The translations under genes were made by a program, and so were the position numbers. Shown in pieces: positions 9,922-18,077 of a stretch of DNA of 43,248 nt (positions within the stretch are counted from its first letter, which is position 1; each line of letters begins with the position of its first letter). Below the pieces are notes generated by a model. The model was not told the DNA's origin. It saw only the letters and a program-made list of their open reading frames with translations, and did no database searches. Origin of the DNA: a virus (lineage: Duplodnaviria; Caudoviricetes); IMG/VR virus record IMGVR_UViG_3300025053_000005, positions 1 to 43,248 of that record, one strand, 5' to 3'.

Positions 9922-10932
9922 ATGAGCGTAATTTGGATGGATTCCTGTGGGGATCATTACACCTACACACAAGCTGGGCGTTTTTGGGACACTGTTACGA
10001 GCGTCGCCGCTGTAGAAACCGGGCGCCGGACCGGCTCCAGTTGTATTCGCATACAAGGGTCTGGTGGGGCAGTTGAGAAAACAGTGAACAACCTCGCGGA
10101 TGTGGTGGTTTCGTGGGGCGGGAAGTACCAAAGAGCATTGGTGGTGGTGCCGCTGGGGATATACGACGGGGCGACCAGGCAGCTGTATTTCGAGTGTGTT
10201 AACGATGGCAAAATCACAGTTAAAAATGGTTCCGGAACGACGCTAGGAGAGAGTATCCAGTGTCTGACAGAGAACACATGGGCATGGATCGAGGTCAAGG
10301 TGACGGCATTCTCCAACACGGTGGGCGGGGTGGTGATCCGGGTCAACGGGGCAGTAGTGCTCACGCTGACCAATGTGGATACCTTGAACACCGCAAATGC
10401 CTACTGCACCAAAATAAGGCTCGGATCGGACGTGAATTCATATTATGCGGCATGGCTCGACGATGTCGTGGTAAGCGACCTGTCCGGCTCTCTGAATAAT
10501 GACTTTCTCGGGGACGTCAGTGTGGTTTGCATGCTGCCGAGCGCTGAAGGCAGCAACAGCGGCTGGACACCAAACAGCGGAACGGTTCACTACGACCGGG
10601 TGAGCCAGACGACCTCGGACGACGACACCACCTACTTGTCTACTGACACTACTGGGGTGCTTGACAGCTGGAATTTTGCCGATCTCACCGCCAGCTCCAC
10701 AATTCTCGCCGCACAGCTCAATCAGACGGTGCGAAAGACTGATGCCGGGACTGCCGAAATCGCTGGGGTCTGTCGCAGAGCGTCGACAGACTATGTCGGG
10801 ACGACACAGGCAGTGGGCGGGACAGCCTATACCGGCTATGCGCAAGTATGGGAGGTCGACCCCTCAACAGCAGCGCAGTGGACACAAGCGAACCTCAACG
10901 CCGCCGAGTTCGGCATCAAGAAGGTGACCTAA
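9922..10932 (+). CDS. Putative receptor-binding / lectin-like virion protein
   Basis: 336 aa, Thr/Ser/Gly and beta-rich; TWAWIEVKV...GVVIRVNG...IRLG..DDVVV resembles a ConA/LamG fold. Confidence 0.55.
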   Translation: MSVIWMDSCGDHYTYTQAGRFWDTVTSVAAVETGRRTGSSCIRIQGSGGAVEKTVNNLADVVVSWGGKYQRALVVVPLGIYDGATRQLYFECVNDGKITVKNGSGTTLGESIQCLTENTWAWIEVKVTAFSNTVGGVVIRVNGAVVLTLTNVDTLNTANAYCTKIRLGSDVNSYYAAWLDDVVVSDLSGSLNNDFLGDVSVVCMLPSAEGSNSGWTPNSGTVHYDRVSQTTSDDDTTYLSTDTTGVLDSWNFADLTASSTILAAQLNQTVRKTDAGTAEIAGVCRRASTDYVGTTQAVGGTAYTGYAQVWEVDPSTAAQWTQANLNAAEFGIKKVT

Positions 10933-11133
10933 ATGACTGCTGCCTACGTCTCGCAGGATGTGGTGCTGGCGCTGACCGAGCCGGATGTGTCACGGGTGGC
11001 GGTGTCACAGGGCGTAATTCTGATGCTGTCCTCACCAGTGCCGCCTGTGTATGCGACACAGGCGGCACTGGAAATACTCGCGGGACGGCCTGTCGGCACA
11101 CGAAATTTTCAGGACACAATATCACTGCTGTAA
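10933..11133 (+). CDS. Small tail-associated protein
   Basis: 66 aa abutting the upstream stop; repeated VSQ/ATQ beta motifs. Confidence 0.5.
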   Translation: MTAAYVSQDVVLALTEPDVSRVAVSQGVILMLSSPVPPVYATQAALEILAGRPVGTRNFQDTISLL

Positions 11134-11154
11134 CACGACCGGGAGGCGGTCATC

Positions 11155-11475
11155 ATGAGCAACAATAACGAAAACGAAGAGCACAACCACATATCAGTAA
11201 GCGACAACAAATGGGCGATCGATAAGCATATCCCCATCACGATGCTGGTGTTCTTGTTGATGCAAACGCTTGTGTGGGTGTGGTGGGCATCGTCCTTCGC
11301 GGCGACCACCAATCTGCGGATCGATCAGCACGATAAGAAATTCAGCCAACTGGAATCCCTGCCGGAGCGACTATCTGCCCTGGAGTCCTCTTCTCGTGTG
11401 CAGACCGAGATCTTGCGTGAAATTCGGAGTGATATACGTGCCCATGACCAACCGTCTTCCGCACGCAGCAAATAA
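11155..11475 (+). CDS. Single-TM coiled-coil lysis-region protein (holin/XhlA-like)
   Basis: GGAGG RBS; W.IDKHIPITMLVFLLMQTLVWVWWAS followed by a coiled coil. Confidence 0.55.
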   Translation: MSNNNENEEHNHISVSDNKWAIDKHIPITMLVFLLMQTLVWVWWASSFAATTNLRIDQHDKKFSQLESLPERLSALESSSRVQTEILREIRSDIRAHDQPSSARSK

Positions 11476-11629
11476 TCCGCAGCAGTGCGCCAGGTGCCGC
11501 TGGAACACCGGCACCGAGCACCGTAGCTGGTGCTCTTACGGCGTTCCCGGATACCCCTACCGGATCGATTGCAAGCTGTACCGGCCTGCCCCTGATGCGA
11601 TTTCGCACTCACCAAGGAGGTCAGTATGA
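11444..11629 (+). CDS. Small Cys-rich protein
   Basis: CARC...C...C pattern; its stop overlaps the ATG at 11626. Confidence 0.35.
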   Translation: MTNRLPHAANNPQQCARCRWNTGTEHRSWCSYGVPGYPYRIDCKLYRPAPDAISHSPRRSV

Positions 11630-11724
11630 AGGCTATTGAGTGCCTGATTGATTCTCTTCGCCGGATAGCCGGGCGCTGGAGGATCGGACGCCGACTGAAT
11701 AAGATCAAACAGGGAAGGCTGTGA
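11626..11724 (+). CDS. 32-aa cationic peptide MKAIECLIDSLRRIAGRWRIGRRLNKIKQGRL
   Basis: AAGGAGG RBS directly upstream; too short for the ORF track; lies in the lysis cassette. Confidence 0.5.
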   Translation: MKAIECLIDSLRRIAGRWRIGRRLNKIKQGRL

Positions 11725-11779
11725 TCCCTAAACCGAAGGCGGTCACATCAAAATCCAGATACCGTAAAGGAGGTGACGC

Positions 11780-12826
11780 ATGAGTGGATTGCAGAAGTTT
11801 CTGTCGAACAAGAACGTCATGGCGTTCCTCATGGTCATTCGCACCGGCGAGGGCACTGCTGACGAGAACGGATACCGGCGAAAGTTCGGCGGAGAACTGT
11901 TCGACTCGTTTGGCGACCATCCCCGGACTGTCGTATCGAAGATGCTCGGGGGTAAGCCACTGTCCAGTTCTGCTGCGGGGGCGTACCAGTTCCTCACGAG
12001 GACATGGGACGGTCTGGTCGGGAAGTACGCCTTCCCTGACTTCAGCCCGCTGGTTCAAGACGAAGCCGCAGTGGCCCTTATCTCCGGTCGAAACGCCCTG
12101 ATGAATGTGGTTCGTGGCGAGTTCGAGGTGGCGATAGCCAAATGCGCCAAGGAGTGGGCGAGCCTGCCCGGTTCGCCCTACGGCCAGCCGACTATGACGA
12201 TGGCCAAGGCCAGGGCCGTGTACGAGGATTTCGGCGGCGAGTACGCCACAGCATCAACTGCACCACCACCCAAGGAGAAAGTCATGGCACCGTTCCTTCT
12301 GGCAGCAATCCCATCCCTCATTTCGGCGATCCCCGAGTTCGCCAAGATATTCAGCAAGCCGGACGTGGCAGAGCGCAACACGGAGGCGATCGTCAAGGCA
12401 TCCGAACTGATCATGGAGGCCACGGAAGCCCCGAACATACAGGCAGCGGTGGAAAAAATTCAGGCGGACCCGCAGGCTGCGGACGCCGCGAATGTGGCCC
12501 TGCGCGTCAACCGTGCGGAACTGGTAGACATGCTGGAGCGCGTCAACGCCATGGAGCAGGGCAACATCGCCACCGCTCGGGATTTCTCACGCTCCGAGTC
12601 TCCTGTGCTGGGCAAGTTCAAGTTCGTACACCTCCTGTCGGCGCTGGTGGTCATCGGGGCGATGATCGCCATCGGGTACATCCTGGCGACTAGCACTGAC
12701 GCGACCGAGCGGGCGATGGCGCTTCAGGCCATCCTCCTGGTCGGATTCGCCGGAGTAATGGCATTCTGGATGGGGTCGAGCAACGGTTCCCAACTCAAAG
12801 ATGAGCGGCGTCTTCCAGAGCGGTAG
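11780..12826 (+). CDS. Lambda R-like lytic transglycosylase endolysin fused in frame to a holin-like membrane domain
   Basis: AFLMVIRTGEGT, SSAAGAYQFL..TW, DFSP..QD, EWASLPGSPYGQ; hydrophobic C-terminal helices ending FWMGSS. Confidence 0.85.
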   Translation: MSGLQKFLSNKNVMAFLMVIRTGEGTADENGYRRKFGGELFDSFGDHPRTVVSKMLGGKPLSSSAAGAYQFLTRTWDGLVGKYAFPDFSPLVQDEAAVALISGRNALMNVVRGEFEVAIAKCAKEWASLPGSPYGQPTMTMAKARAVYEDFGGEYATASTAPPPKEKVMAPFLLAAIPSLISAIPEFAKIFSKPDVAERNTEAIVKASELIMEATEAPNIQAAVEKIQADPQAADAANVALRVNRAELVDMLERVNAMEQGNIATARDFSRSESPVLGKFKFVHLLSALVVIGAMIAIGYILATSTDATERAMALQAILLVGFAGVMAFWMGSSNGSQLKDERRLPER

Positions 12827-13115
12827 TCCGACCGAAGCGTGGACTTGCCCGAGGTGCTACCAGATGAATGTGCGCTCATTCTGCGTTCGCTGTCTGGCGC
12901 CACGTCCGCATGCGCAGGCATTCCAGCAGGTTAGCACGACTGGGAGGCGCGCGATGTCGCGCATGTTCGCCATAAACATCGGCGCCACCTTCGACTTCGA
13001 ATTCGGCAGCAGCCTGGAGGCGGTCGGGAAAAAGCGGATTTACTGGCAGGGAAATAATCCACTTCGGCAGCTTTTCGGCAGCGTGACTTTTAGATCGTTA
13101 TTCCATGCTGTATAA
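12801..13115 (+). CDS. Small protein with a RanBP2-like zinc-finger motif
   Basis: WTCPRCYQMN....CVRCLAPRP; the C-terminus runs into the attP arm. Confidence 0.3.
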   Translation: MSGVFQSGSPTEAWTCPRCYQMNVRSFCVRCLAPRPHAQAFQQVSTTGRRAMSRMFAINIGATFDFEFGSSLEAVGKKRIYWQGNNPLRQLFGSVTFRSLFHAV

Positions 13116-13116
13116 A

Positions 13117-13144
13117 GCGGGTTCGAATCCCGCCTTCTCCGCCA
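13117..13144 (+). other. attP core: tRNA 3' end (T-arm plus acceptor strand, likely tRNA-Ser)
   Basis: GCGGGTTCGAATCCCGCCTTCTCCGCCA with discriminator G; no 5' half of a tRNA upstream; lies downstream of int. Confidence 0.85.
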
Positions 13145-13151
13145 GTATATG

Positions 13152-13183
13152 CGCCATAACTATTTGATAGTTATGGCGTTTTT
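13152..13183 (+). terminator. Intrinsic terminator after the attP tRNA fragment
   Basis: 12-bp stem CGCCATAACTAT/ATAGTTATGGCG followed by a T-run. Confidence 0.7.
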
Positions 13184-13225
13184 ATTTAAAGCAATGTATA
13201 TGCCATGACGCAAAATAGGCGCTAA

Positions 13226-13954
13226 TTAGCCCTGTTTCGGCACGGGCTGCCGAGAGTAGATAGCCTCTTTTTTTGCTCGTAAGTAAGCCAAATGCGCGTC
13301 CATTTCTGAATCAAAATACCCAAAACTGACACTTCCAACCCTTGCTTGGTACCTTGTTTTAAACCTGCTCTTGGATGTTACCCTTACTCCGGTAAGGAGT
13401 TTTCCGGGCTTTTTTTCTTTTTTGATAATACTTTTCTTTTTTTTCTTTGGTATATACCCGTCAGATTTAGACATTGCGCCCATAATTCCAGCCGATATTT
13501 TCTCAAGTACCTCAACACCCCATCTGTTCATGGCTAAATTTACTGCCAGGCAAACAAGTCGAACGTTTGATTTAATGTAGCCAATGTTTGAGTCTATTCT
13601 GTCCAGACTTGGAGCAAACGGACGATGCGGTCCTCTCTGTGTTGGTGCCGCGAATTCAAAATGAATTCCAGATATTTCACACCGCCAGCGACTTCTGCGT
13701 ATTAGGTCAGACATGGCTAATTCATCGAATTCGAATTCCATGTTTTTTGATTTTGATCTTCGTTTTGCGTCTTGAAGTAGCGTTGTAGCCCATGCAGGCA
13801 GTTCTATCTGCGAAGATCCGCGTATGTGTCTATTAAAGCAGTCGGTGGAACAAAACTTACCAACACCTCTAGTGCGTTTTTCTGTGGTCTCAAACGTGCG
13901 GCAACAGAAATGGCATTCAGCGATTATTAGTGGTTTTAGTTTTTTCATTGCCAT
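13226..13954 (-). CDS. HNH-like endonuclease with an N-terminal Zn finger and a C-terminal AP2-like domain
   Basis: CHFC...FCSTDC; CEISGI.F...PSLDRIDSNIGY..SNVRLVC..VN; TGV....RYQARVG...GYFDSEMDAHLAY; AT-rich. Confidence 0.7.
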   Translation of the reverse strand: MAMKKLKPLIIAECHFCCRTFETTEKRTRGVGKFCSTDCFNRHIRGSSQIELPAWATTLLQDAKRRSKSKNMEFEFDELAMSDLIRRSRWRCEISGIHFEFAAPTQRGPHRPFAPSLDRIDSNIGYIKSNVRLVCLAVNLAMNRWGVEVLEKISAGIMGAMSKSDGYIPKKKKKSIIKKEKKPGKLLTGVRVTSKSRFKTRYQARVGSVSFGYFDSEMDAHLAYLRAKKEAIYSRQPVPKQG

Positions 13955-15116
13955 TTGTAAATTTCCTTGCGAACATTTCTACCGCTTTTCCACCCGCATT
14001 TGGCGTGGCTTCCGGTATCCAGCGCCCGTAAACCCTGAAAATCATTGCCGTATCGGAGTGGCCCATCTGCTGGGCCAGCCAGATTGGTGATTCTCCGGCG
14101 GTCAGCATCATGCTGGCGTAAGTGTGGCGGGTCTGGTATTGCCTGCGGTAGAGTACGCCGGCCGTTCTCAGCGCTGGCACCCAGGCGCCGTGCCGGATCG
14201 GCTGGTCGCCTGTCCAGGGCTGGCCTGTTCTCGGATTGAGAAAGACGGCACCGCCTGCCAGAAAGCTGTGGGCTTTTTGCGCTTTTAGTGCTTCCAGTGC
14301 CGGGGCGAGTATTTTAACGTCCCGCGTGCCTTTTCTGGTTTTTGTGCCTTCTGCTTCGTCTGCAGCCTGTGTCTTTGCGCGGCTGACCCGGACAATGCCC
14401 CGAATCCAGTCTATATCGCCCCATTCCAGCGCCGCCAGCTCCGAGGTGCGTAGCCCTGACCAAAAGGCGAACTGGAACAGGTTACGGTGCTGCGGATCGC
14501 GGCAGGCGTCGAGGATCAGTTCCTGGTCTGCAGCGGTGAACGGATCCACATCGTCTACCGGCTTCGGCGCTTCCTTGCGGGCGAACTTCCAGCCGTAGAG
14601 CGGATTGGTTTCGATCAGTTCATCGTCAAGCGCATCCTGCAGCGCGGCGCGCAGCACGCTTTGCACGTTGGCCAGGCGTTTGTTTCCTGCTTTCTGACCT
14701 TCGCACCAGGTACGGATGTCAGCGCGTTTTAGTTCGGACAGGTAGATTCTGCCCAGTGCCGGGATGAGTGTGTGGTTGACGATCTTTCGATAGTCGTCCC
14801 AGGTGCTGCTCTTGAGGTGCTGGCGCTGTCGTTCCAGCCAGGTCTCAAGCCATGTTTCCAGCGCGTAGCCTGCGCCTTTGCGTTCCGAGAACAGGAATCG
14901 GCGGGAGGATTCCGGGAAGGTGACGGCATAATCGAAGGTGCCGCGCTCGATGGCGTGCAGAATGGCGGCGCGGTGCTGCTCGGCGCGTTTTAGATTCGCA
15001 GGGGTGGGGGCGAGCTTGATGCGCTCGCGGCAGCGGATGCCCTTGAGTTCGAAGTCGATCTGGATGCTGCTTTCCGAGACGGCGCGCACGCCAGTCCGTT
15101 GCCGTTTTCCACCCAC
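13917..15116 (-). CDS. int: Phage tyrosine integrase
   Basis: GTG start with GAGGGG RBS; arm-binding N-terminus GVRAVSESSIQIDF; SGLRTSEL, TKT, YQTRHTYAS, MGH, VY motifs. Confidence 0.95.
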   Translation of the reverse strand: MGGKRQRTGVRAVSESSIQIDFELKGIRCRERIKLAPTPANLKRAEQHRAAILHAIERGTFDYAVTFPESSRRFLFSERKGAGYALETWLETWLERQRQHLKSSTWDDYRKIVNHTLIPALGRIYLSELKRADIRTWCEGQKAGNKRLANVQSVLRAALQDALDDELIETNPLYGWKFARKEAPKPVDDVDPFTAADQELILDACRDPQHRNLFQFAFWSGLRTSELAALEWGDIDWIRGIVRVSRAKTQAADEAEGTKTRKGTRDVKILAPALEALKAQKAHSFLAGGAVFLNPRTGQPWTGDQPIRHGAWVPALRTAGVLYRRQYQTRHTYASMMLTAGESPIWLAQQMGHSDTAMIFRVYGRWIPEATPNAGGKAVEMFARKFTNGNEKTKTTNNR

Positions 15117-15274
15117 TGGTGATACCCCTCGATGTCGATCAACACATGGCCATCCGGCGCCCGGCGCCAGACGCGGCCTTCCATCCACACGCCGTCGCGG
15201 ATTTTCCCGCGAATGGCGTGCTCAGTATAGCCACTCTCGGCGGCGAACTGAATGATGGTTTTATAGCGCAGCAT
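14990..15274 (-). CDS. xis: Excisionase
   Basis: [42 protein letters not shown]; overlaps the int start; its ATG overlaps the intI TGA. Confidence 0.85.
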   Translation of the reverse strand: MLRYKTIIQFAAESGYTEHAIRGKIRDGVWMEGRVWRRAPDGHVLIDIEGYHQWVENGNGLACAPSRKAASRSTSNSRASAAASASSSPPPLRI

Positions 15275-16296
15275 CAGCCGATCCGGTCCAGCGGGCTCAT
15301 CACCCCATGCGCGCCACGATTGAGCACATGGGTATAAATCATCGTCGTGCTCACGTCGGCATGGCCCAGCAGCTCCTGCACGGTGCGGATGTCGTAACCG
15401 GACTCCAGCAAGTGCGTGGCGAATGAGTGGCGCAGGCTGTGGGGGTGGACCAGCTTGCCTATCCCGGCAGCCTGCGCAGCGGCCCGGACGGCGCGCTGGA
15501 TGTTGCGCTCGTTCCAGTGGTGGCGACGGTATGCGCCTGATCGCGGGTCGGTGCTGTAGCCGGGCGCGCAGAACAGGTATTGCCAGGCCCATTCTGCCGC
15601 TGCGCGCGGGTATTTTCGCTCGATGGCATCCGGTAGTTCCACGTCGGCATGGCCGGTCGCCAGATCAATGTCGTGCAAACGTCGCCGTGCGACCAGATGG
15701 TCGCGCAATTCGTCGCCCAGGCTGGACGGCAGCATGGTGATGCGGCCCTTGTTTCCCTTGCCTTCGCGGATGGTGATCTGGCCGCGCTCGATGTCGAGAT
15801 CCTTGACGCGCAAGCGCAGGCACTCCAGTAGGCGCATGCCGGTTCCGTACAGCAGTTTGATGACCAGGCCGTTCGTGCCGCTGACGTGGCGCAGTAAGGC
15901 CTGTATTTCGCGCTGGGTGAGCACGACTGGGAGTCGCTTCGAGACTTTCGCGCGGGTGACGCCATCCAGCCATGGTAGATCGATGCCCAGTACGTCACGG
16001 TAGAGGAACAGGATGGCGTGCATGGCCTGGTTCTGGGTGCTGGCGCTGACGTTGCGCTCGGTGGCCAGATCAGATAGGAAGGCTTCCACCTCCGGCGCGC
16101 CCATGTCGGACGGGTGGCGTTTGTGGTGGTAGAGGATGAAGCGCTTGGCCCAGTGGGTGTAGCTCTGCTCGGTGCGCAGGCTATAGTGTTTTACACGGAG
16201 AACTGCGCGCATGCGGTCGAGTAATTTTGGCGGCTGGGCAGGCGTGTCGTGTAACACGGCGCTTGGTGTCGCGTTTTGTTTTTCGATAGTGAGCAT
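15274..16296 (-). CDS. intI: Integron integrase
   Basis: KLLDRMR...[56 protein letters not shown]. Integron-specific insert [12 protein letters not shown]...WAWQYLF...RRHH. GGAGG RBS. Confidence 0.97.
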   Translation of the reverse strand: MLTIEKQNATPSAVLHDTPAQPPKLLDRMRAVLRVKHYSLRTEQSYTHWAKRFILYHHKRHPSDMGAPEVEAFLSDLATERNVSASTQNQAMHAILFLYRDVLGIDLPWLDGVTRAKVSKRLPVVLTQREIQALLRHVSGTNGLVIKLLYGTGMRLLECLRLRVKDLDIERGQITIREGKGNKGRITMLPSSLGDELRDHLVARRRLHDIDLATGHADVELPDAIERKYPRAAAEWAWQYLFCAPGYSTDPRSGAYRRHHWNERNIQRAVRAAAQAAGIGKLVHPHSLRHSFATHLLESGYDIRTVQELLGHADVSTTMIYTHVLNRGAHGVMSPLDRIG

Positions 16297-16318
16297 TTTC
16301 GCGGTCCTCCGTGGTTTT

Positions 16319-16363
16319 GTTCGGAATTAGGCGTAAAAAAGTGACGGTCAATTCTAGTTCGGC
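16319..16363 (+). other. attI site, crossover G|TT at 16357/16358
   Basis: GTTCGGC at 16357 is the exact reverse complement of cassette 1 R'' GCCGAAC. No hairpin. Core-like GTTCGGA and ATTAGGC upstream; 60 bp from the intI start. Confidence 0.8.
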
Positions 16364-16587
16364 GTCACTTCATCGCCCAGTGGGAACGTCCCTTCTTCTG
16401 GGTACTCGCTCAGATAGGCCACATGCTCGTAGTGCGTGGCCGTGCCGTCGTCGTCCATCACACCGCTTGCCGGGCAGTTGATGATGGTCATTTCAGTTTC
16501 CAGTTCGTCGGTGTAGTCGTGCGGCGCAATCACCAGCCCAACGGCCTCGGCCAAGTCCTTAATCTCTTTTCCGGTCAGTGTCAGCAT
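16354..16587 (-). CDS. Cassette 1 ORF, 77-aa acidic hypothetical protein
   Basis: GGAGAAGGA RBS region; fills the cassette; stop TAG supplied by attI. Confidence 0.75.
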   Translation of the reverse strand: MLTLTGKEIKDLAEAVGLVIAPHDYTDELETEMTIINCPASGVMDDDGTATHYEHVAYLSEYPEEGTFPLGDEVTPN

Positions 16588-16616
16588 TTCAGTCCTTCTC
16601 CTATGGTTACAGCGCC

Positions 16617-16679
16617 GCCGAACCCGGCGCTCAAGCGGGACGCGCGAAAAGCCGCGCGCCCCTTAGCTATGCGTTATGC
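16617..16679 (+). other. attC 1
   Basis: R'' GCCGAAC, L'' GCTCAAG with extra C, stem CGCGCG/CGCGCG, L' CTTAGC, R' GTTATGC. Confidence 0.93.
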
Positions 16680-16910
16680 GTCAAGGTTGTACTTCTCATC
16701 CAGCAAGCGCCGCGACTGCTCGCAGACCTTGCCACCATCAAGCCGCACAGTGCATTGCGACACCTTCGCCCGTAGGCCGCCCCGCCACGCACCACGCACA
16801 AACGGCAGCCAGTCGGCGGCAGCTTTGCGCGACGGGTACGCATTACCAACCCTCGTCCAGCCTTTTGCCGGGTGCATCACCATCGTGAAAAACATGGTTC
16901 GCTTTTCCAT
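16674..16910 (-). CDS. Cassette 2 ORF, 78-aa basic hypothetical protein (MEKRTMFF...)
   Basis: GGAGA RBS before ATG 16910; TAA inside the core site at 16674-16676. Confidence 0.7.
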   Translation of the reverse strand: MEKRTMFFTMVMHPAKGWTRVGNAYPSRKAAADWLPFVRGAWRGGLRAKVSQCTVRLDGGKVCEQSRRLLDEKYNLDA

Positions 16911-16927
16911 TTCTCCGTCTCCGCGCC

Positions 16928-16990
16928 GCATAACCCGGCATTCAAGAGGGACGGTCCGCAAGCGGCCCGCCCCTTAGCTCTGCGTTAGGC
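16928..16990 (+). other. attC 2
   Basis: R'' GCATAAC (complements GTTATGC at 16673), ATTCAAG...CTTAGC, R' GTTAGGC. Confidence 0.93.
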
Positions 16991-16991
16991 G

Positions 16992-17186
16992 TCAAGATTC
17001 AACCGCTTCAGCGGCCTCAGTGTTGTACACCCGACGCCAGAATCGGCACTCTTCAATCCATCCTTCACTACCCCTTTCAGCCTCAAGTGTTTCTGCGCGA
17101 GCTTTCCAGTAAGACGCACTGCCGTGCGAAAAAGCCAACGCCGCAGCCAGTATTCCAAATCCTATTGCCAGTTGTTCTGGGTTCAT
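16992..17186 (-). CDS. Cassette 3 ORF, 64 aa with an N-terminal hydrophobic segment
   Basis: AAGGGA RBS; MNPEQLAIGFGILAAALAFS. Confidence 0.65.
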   Translation of the reverse strand: MNPEQLAIGFGILAAALAFSHGSASYWKARAETLEAERGSEGWIEECRFWRRVYNTEAAEAVES

Positions 17187-17210
17187 TTTGTTTCCCTTTC
17201 TTAGATTCAC

Positions 17211-17271
17211 GCCTAACAAGGCATTCAAGCTGGACTTCGTTTCACTCAGCCCCTTAATTCAGTCGTTCAGC
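17211..17271 (+). other. attC 3
   Basis: R'' GCCTAAC (complements GTTAGGC at 16984), ATTCAAG...CTTAAT, R' GTTCAGC. Confidence 0.9.
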
Positions 17272-17272
17272 G

Positions 17273-17767
17273 TCAAAGCCACACGCCCTCATTACGTCCA
17301 TCCGTCAAGAGCACCCGCCTGTTCTCGGCAAACTGATCTGAAATCCAGTCAGGTATTGCGCCGTCGAAAGCATCGCGCAGTTGTCCCACGGTGAAGCCAA
17401 CTACGCCGCCGCTCGGCGCTACCGCCATGTCAAATCCGGCGCGCAAACAGGCAGACAGCATGTCGCCGAATCGACCGCGCACGACTTCAACTCCGTGCCT
17501 GTTCTCTCGCTCGAACTCATAGCGGTTGTCCCAGAGGTAGGTGTCCACGCGCGAGCTTGCGGACTCGTAGTGCTCGTGCCAGCCCTTGCCGTACCGAACA
17601 CAACTGTCCCAGTCTTCGACGGTCTCCAAGCCGTTGCAGACAACCCAGTAAATGCAGCCCTCTACCTCTGCCAACAGCTTCTTCTTCCGCGCCGGAGTCA
17701 GGTCGGTAAAGCTGCGCGCCAGGCCGAGACTCATTTGCTTCCAGCGGTCGTGTTGCAGTTCGTTCAT
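17273..17767 (-). CDS. Cassette 4 ORF, 164-aa hypothetical protein
   Basis: AAAGGA RBS; fills the cassette. Confidence 0.8.
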   Translation of the reverse strand: MNELQHDRWKQMSLGLARSFTDLTPARKKKLLAEVEGCIYWVVCNGLETVEDWDSCVRYGKGWHEHYESASSRVDTYLWDNRYEFERENRHGVEVVRGRFGDMLSACLRAGFDMAVAPSGGVVGFTVGQLRDAFDGAIPDWISDQFAENRRVLLTDGRNEGVWL

Positions 17768-17788
17768 GTCATCGTCCTTTCAGTTGCC

Positions 17789-17855
17789 GCCGAACAATTC
17801 GTCCAACCGGACGTGCCGATAAAGCCCGGCACGCCGGTTAACTCAATCGTTAGCC
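17789..17855 (+). other. attC 4
   Basis: R'' GCCGAAC (one mismatch to GTTCAGC at 17265), GTCCAACCGG...CCGGTTAAC, R' GTTAGCC. Confidence 0.92.
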
Positions 17856-18067
17856 ACCATCCGCGCTGCATACACTCTCAGGCAGCGTTTACAGGCATTT
17901 GCCAGCGGCAAGTTAATCGTCATCCGGTAGCCTTCTGGTGCTGGTCTGCCGCAAATCGGGTCGCTGATGTATCCAGCCTTAATCAAATGCTGATCGTCCC
18001 GACCTTCTCCAGCCTCGTAGGCAAGGTGCAATTTCTGCCCGCCCTTAACTTGTGCATAAATCATCAT
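17843..18067 (-). CDS. Cassette 5 ORF, 74-aa putative Zn-binding protein
   Basis: GGAGG RBS; H...C...CKRC pattern; its stop lies in attC 4. Confidence 0.7.
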   Translation of the reverse strand: MMIYAQVKGGQKLHLAYEAGEGRDDQHLIKAGYISDPICGRPAPEGYRMTINLPLANACKRCLRVYAARMVAND

Positions 18068-18077
18068 TTCCTCCAGT

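Larger units (their letters stand above)
13002..13253. repeat. Putative integrase arm-binding sites around attP
   Basis: TTCGGCAGC at 13002, 13063 and 13074; TTCGGCAC at 13236; inverted GCTGCCGA at 13246. Confidence 0.55.

Noticed and set aside
9213-11133. Diversity-generating retroelement or invertible tail fibre
   Set aside because: No reverse transcriptase, invertase or template/variable repeat pair was seen.
13117-13144. Complete tRNA gene
   Set aside because: Only the T-arm and 3' acceptor strand are present, so it is read as the attP core.
16263-16290. Pc promoter in the 5' end of intI (TTGGTG-16-GATAGT)
   Set aside because: Poor consensus match, and no + strand cassette ORFs to express.
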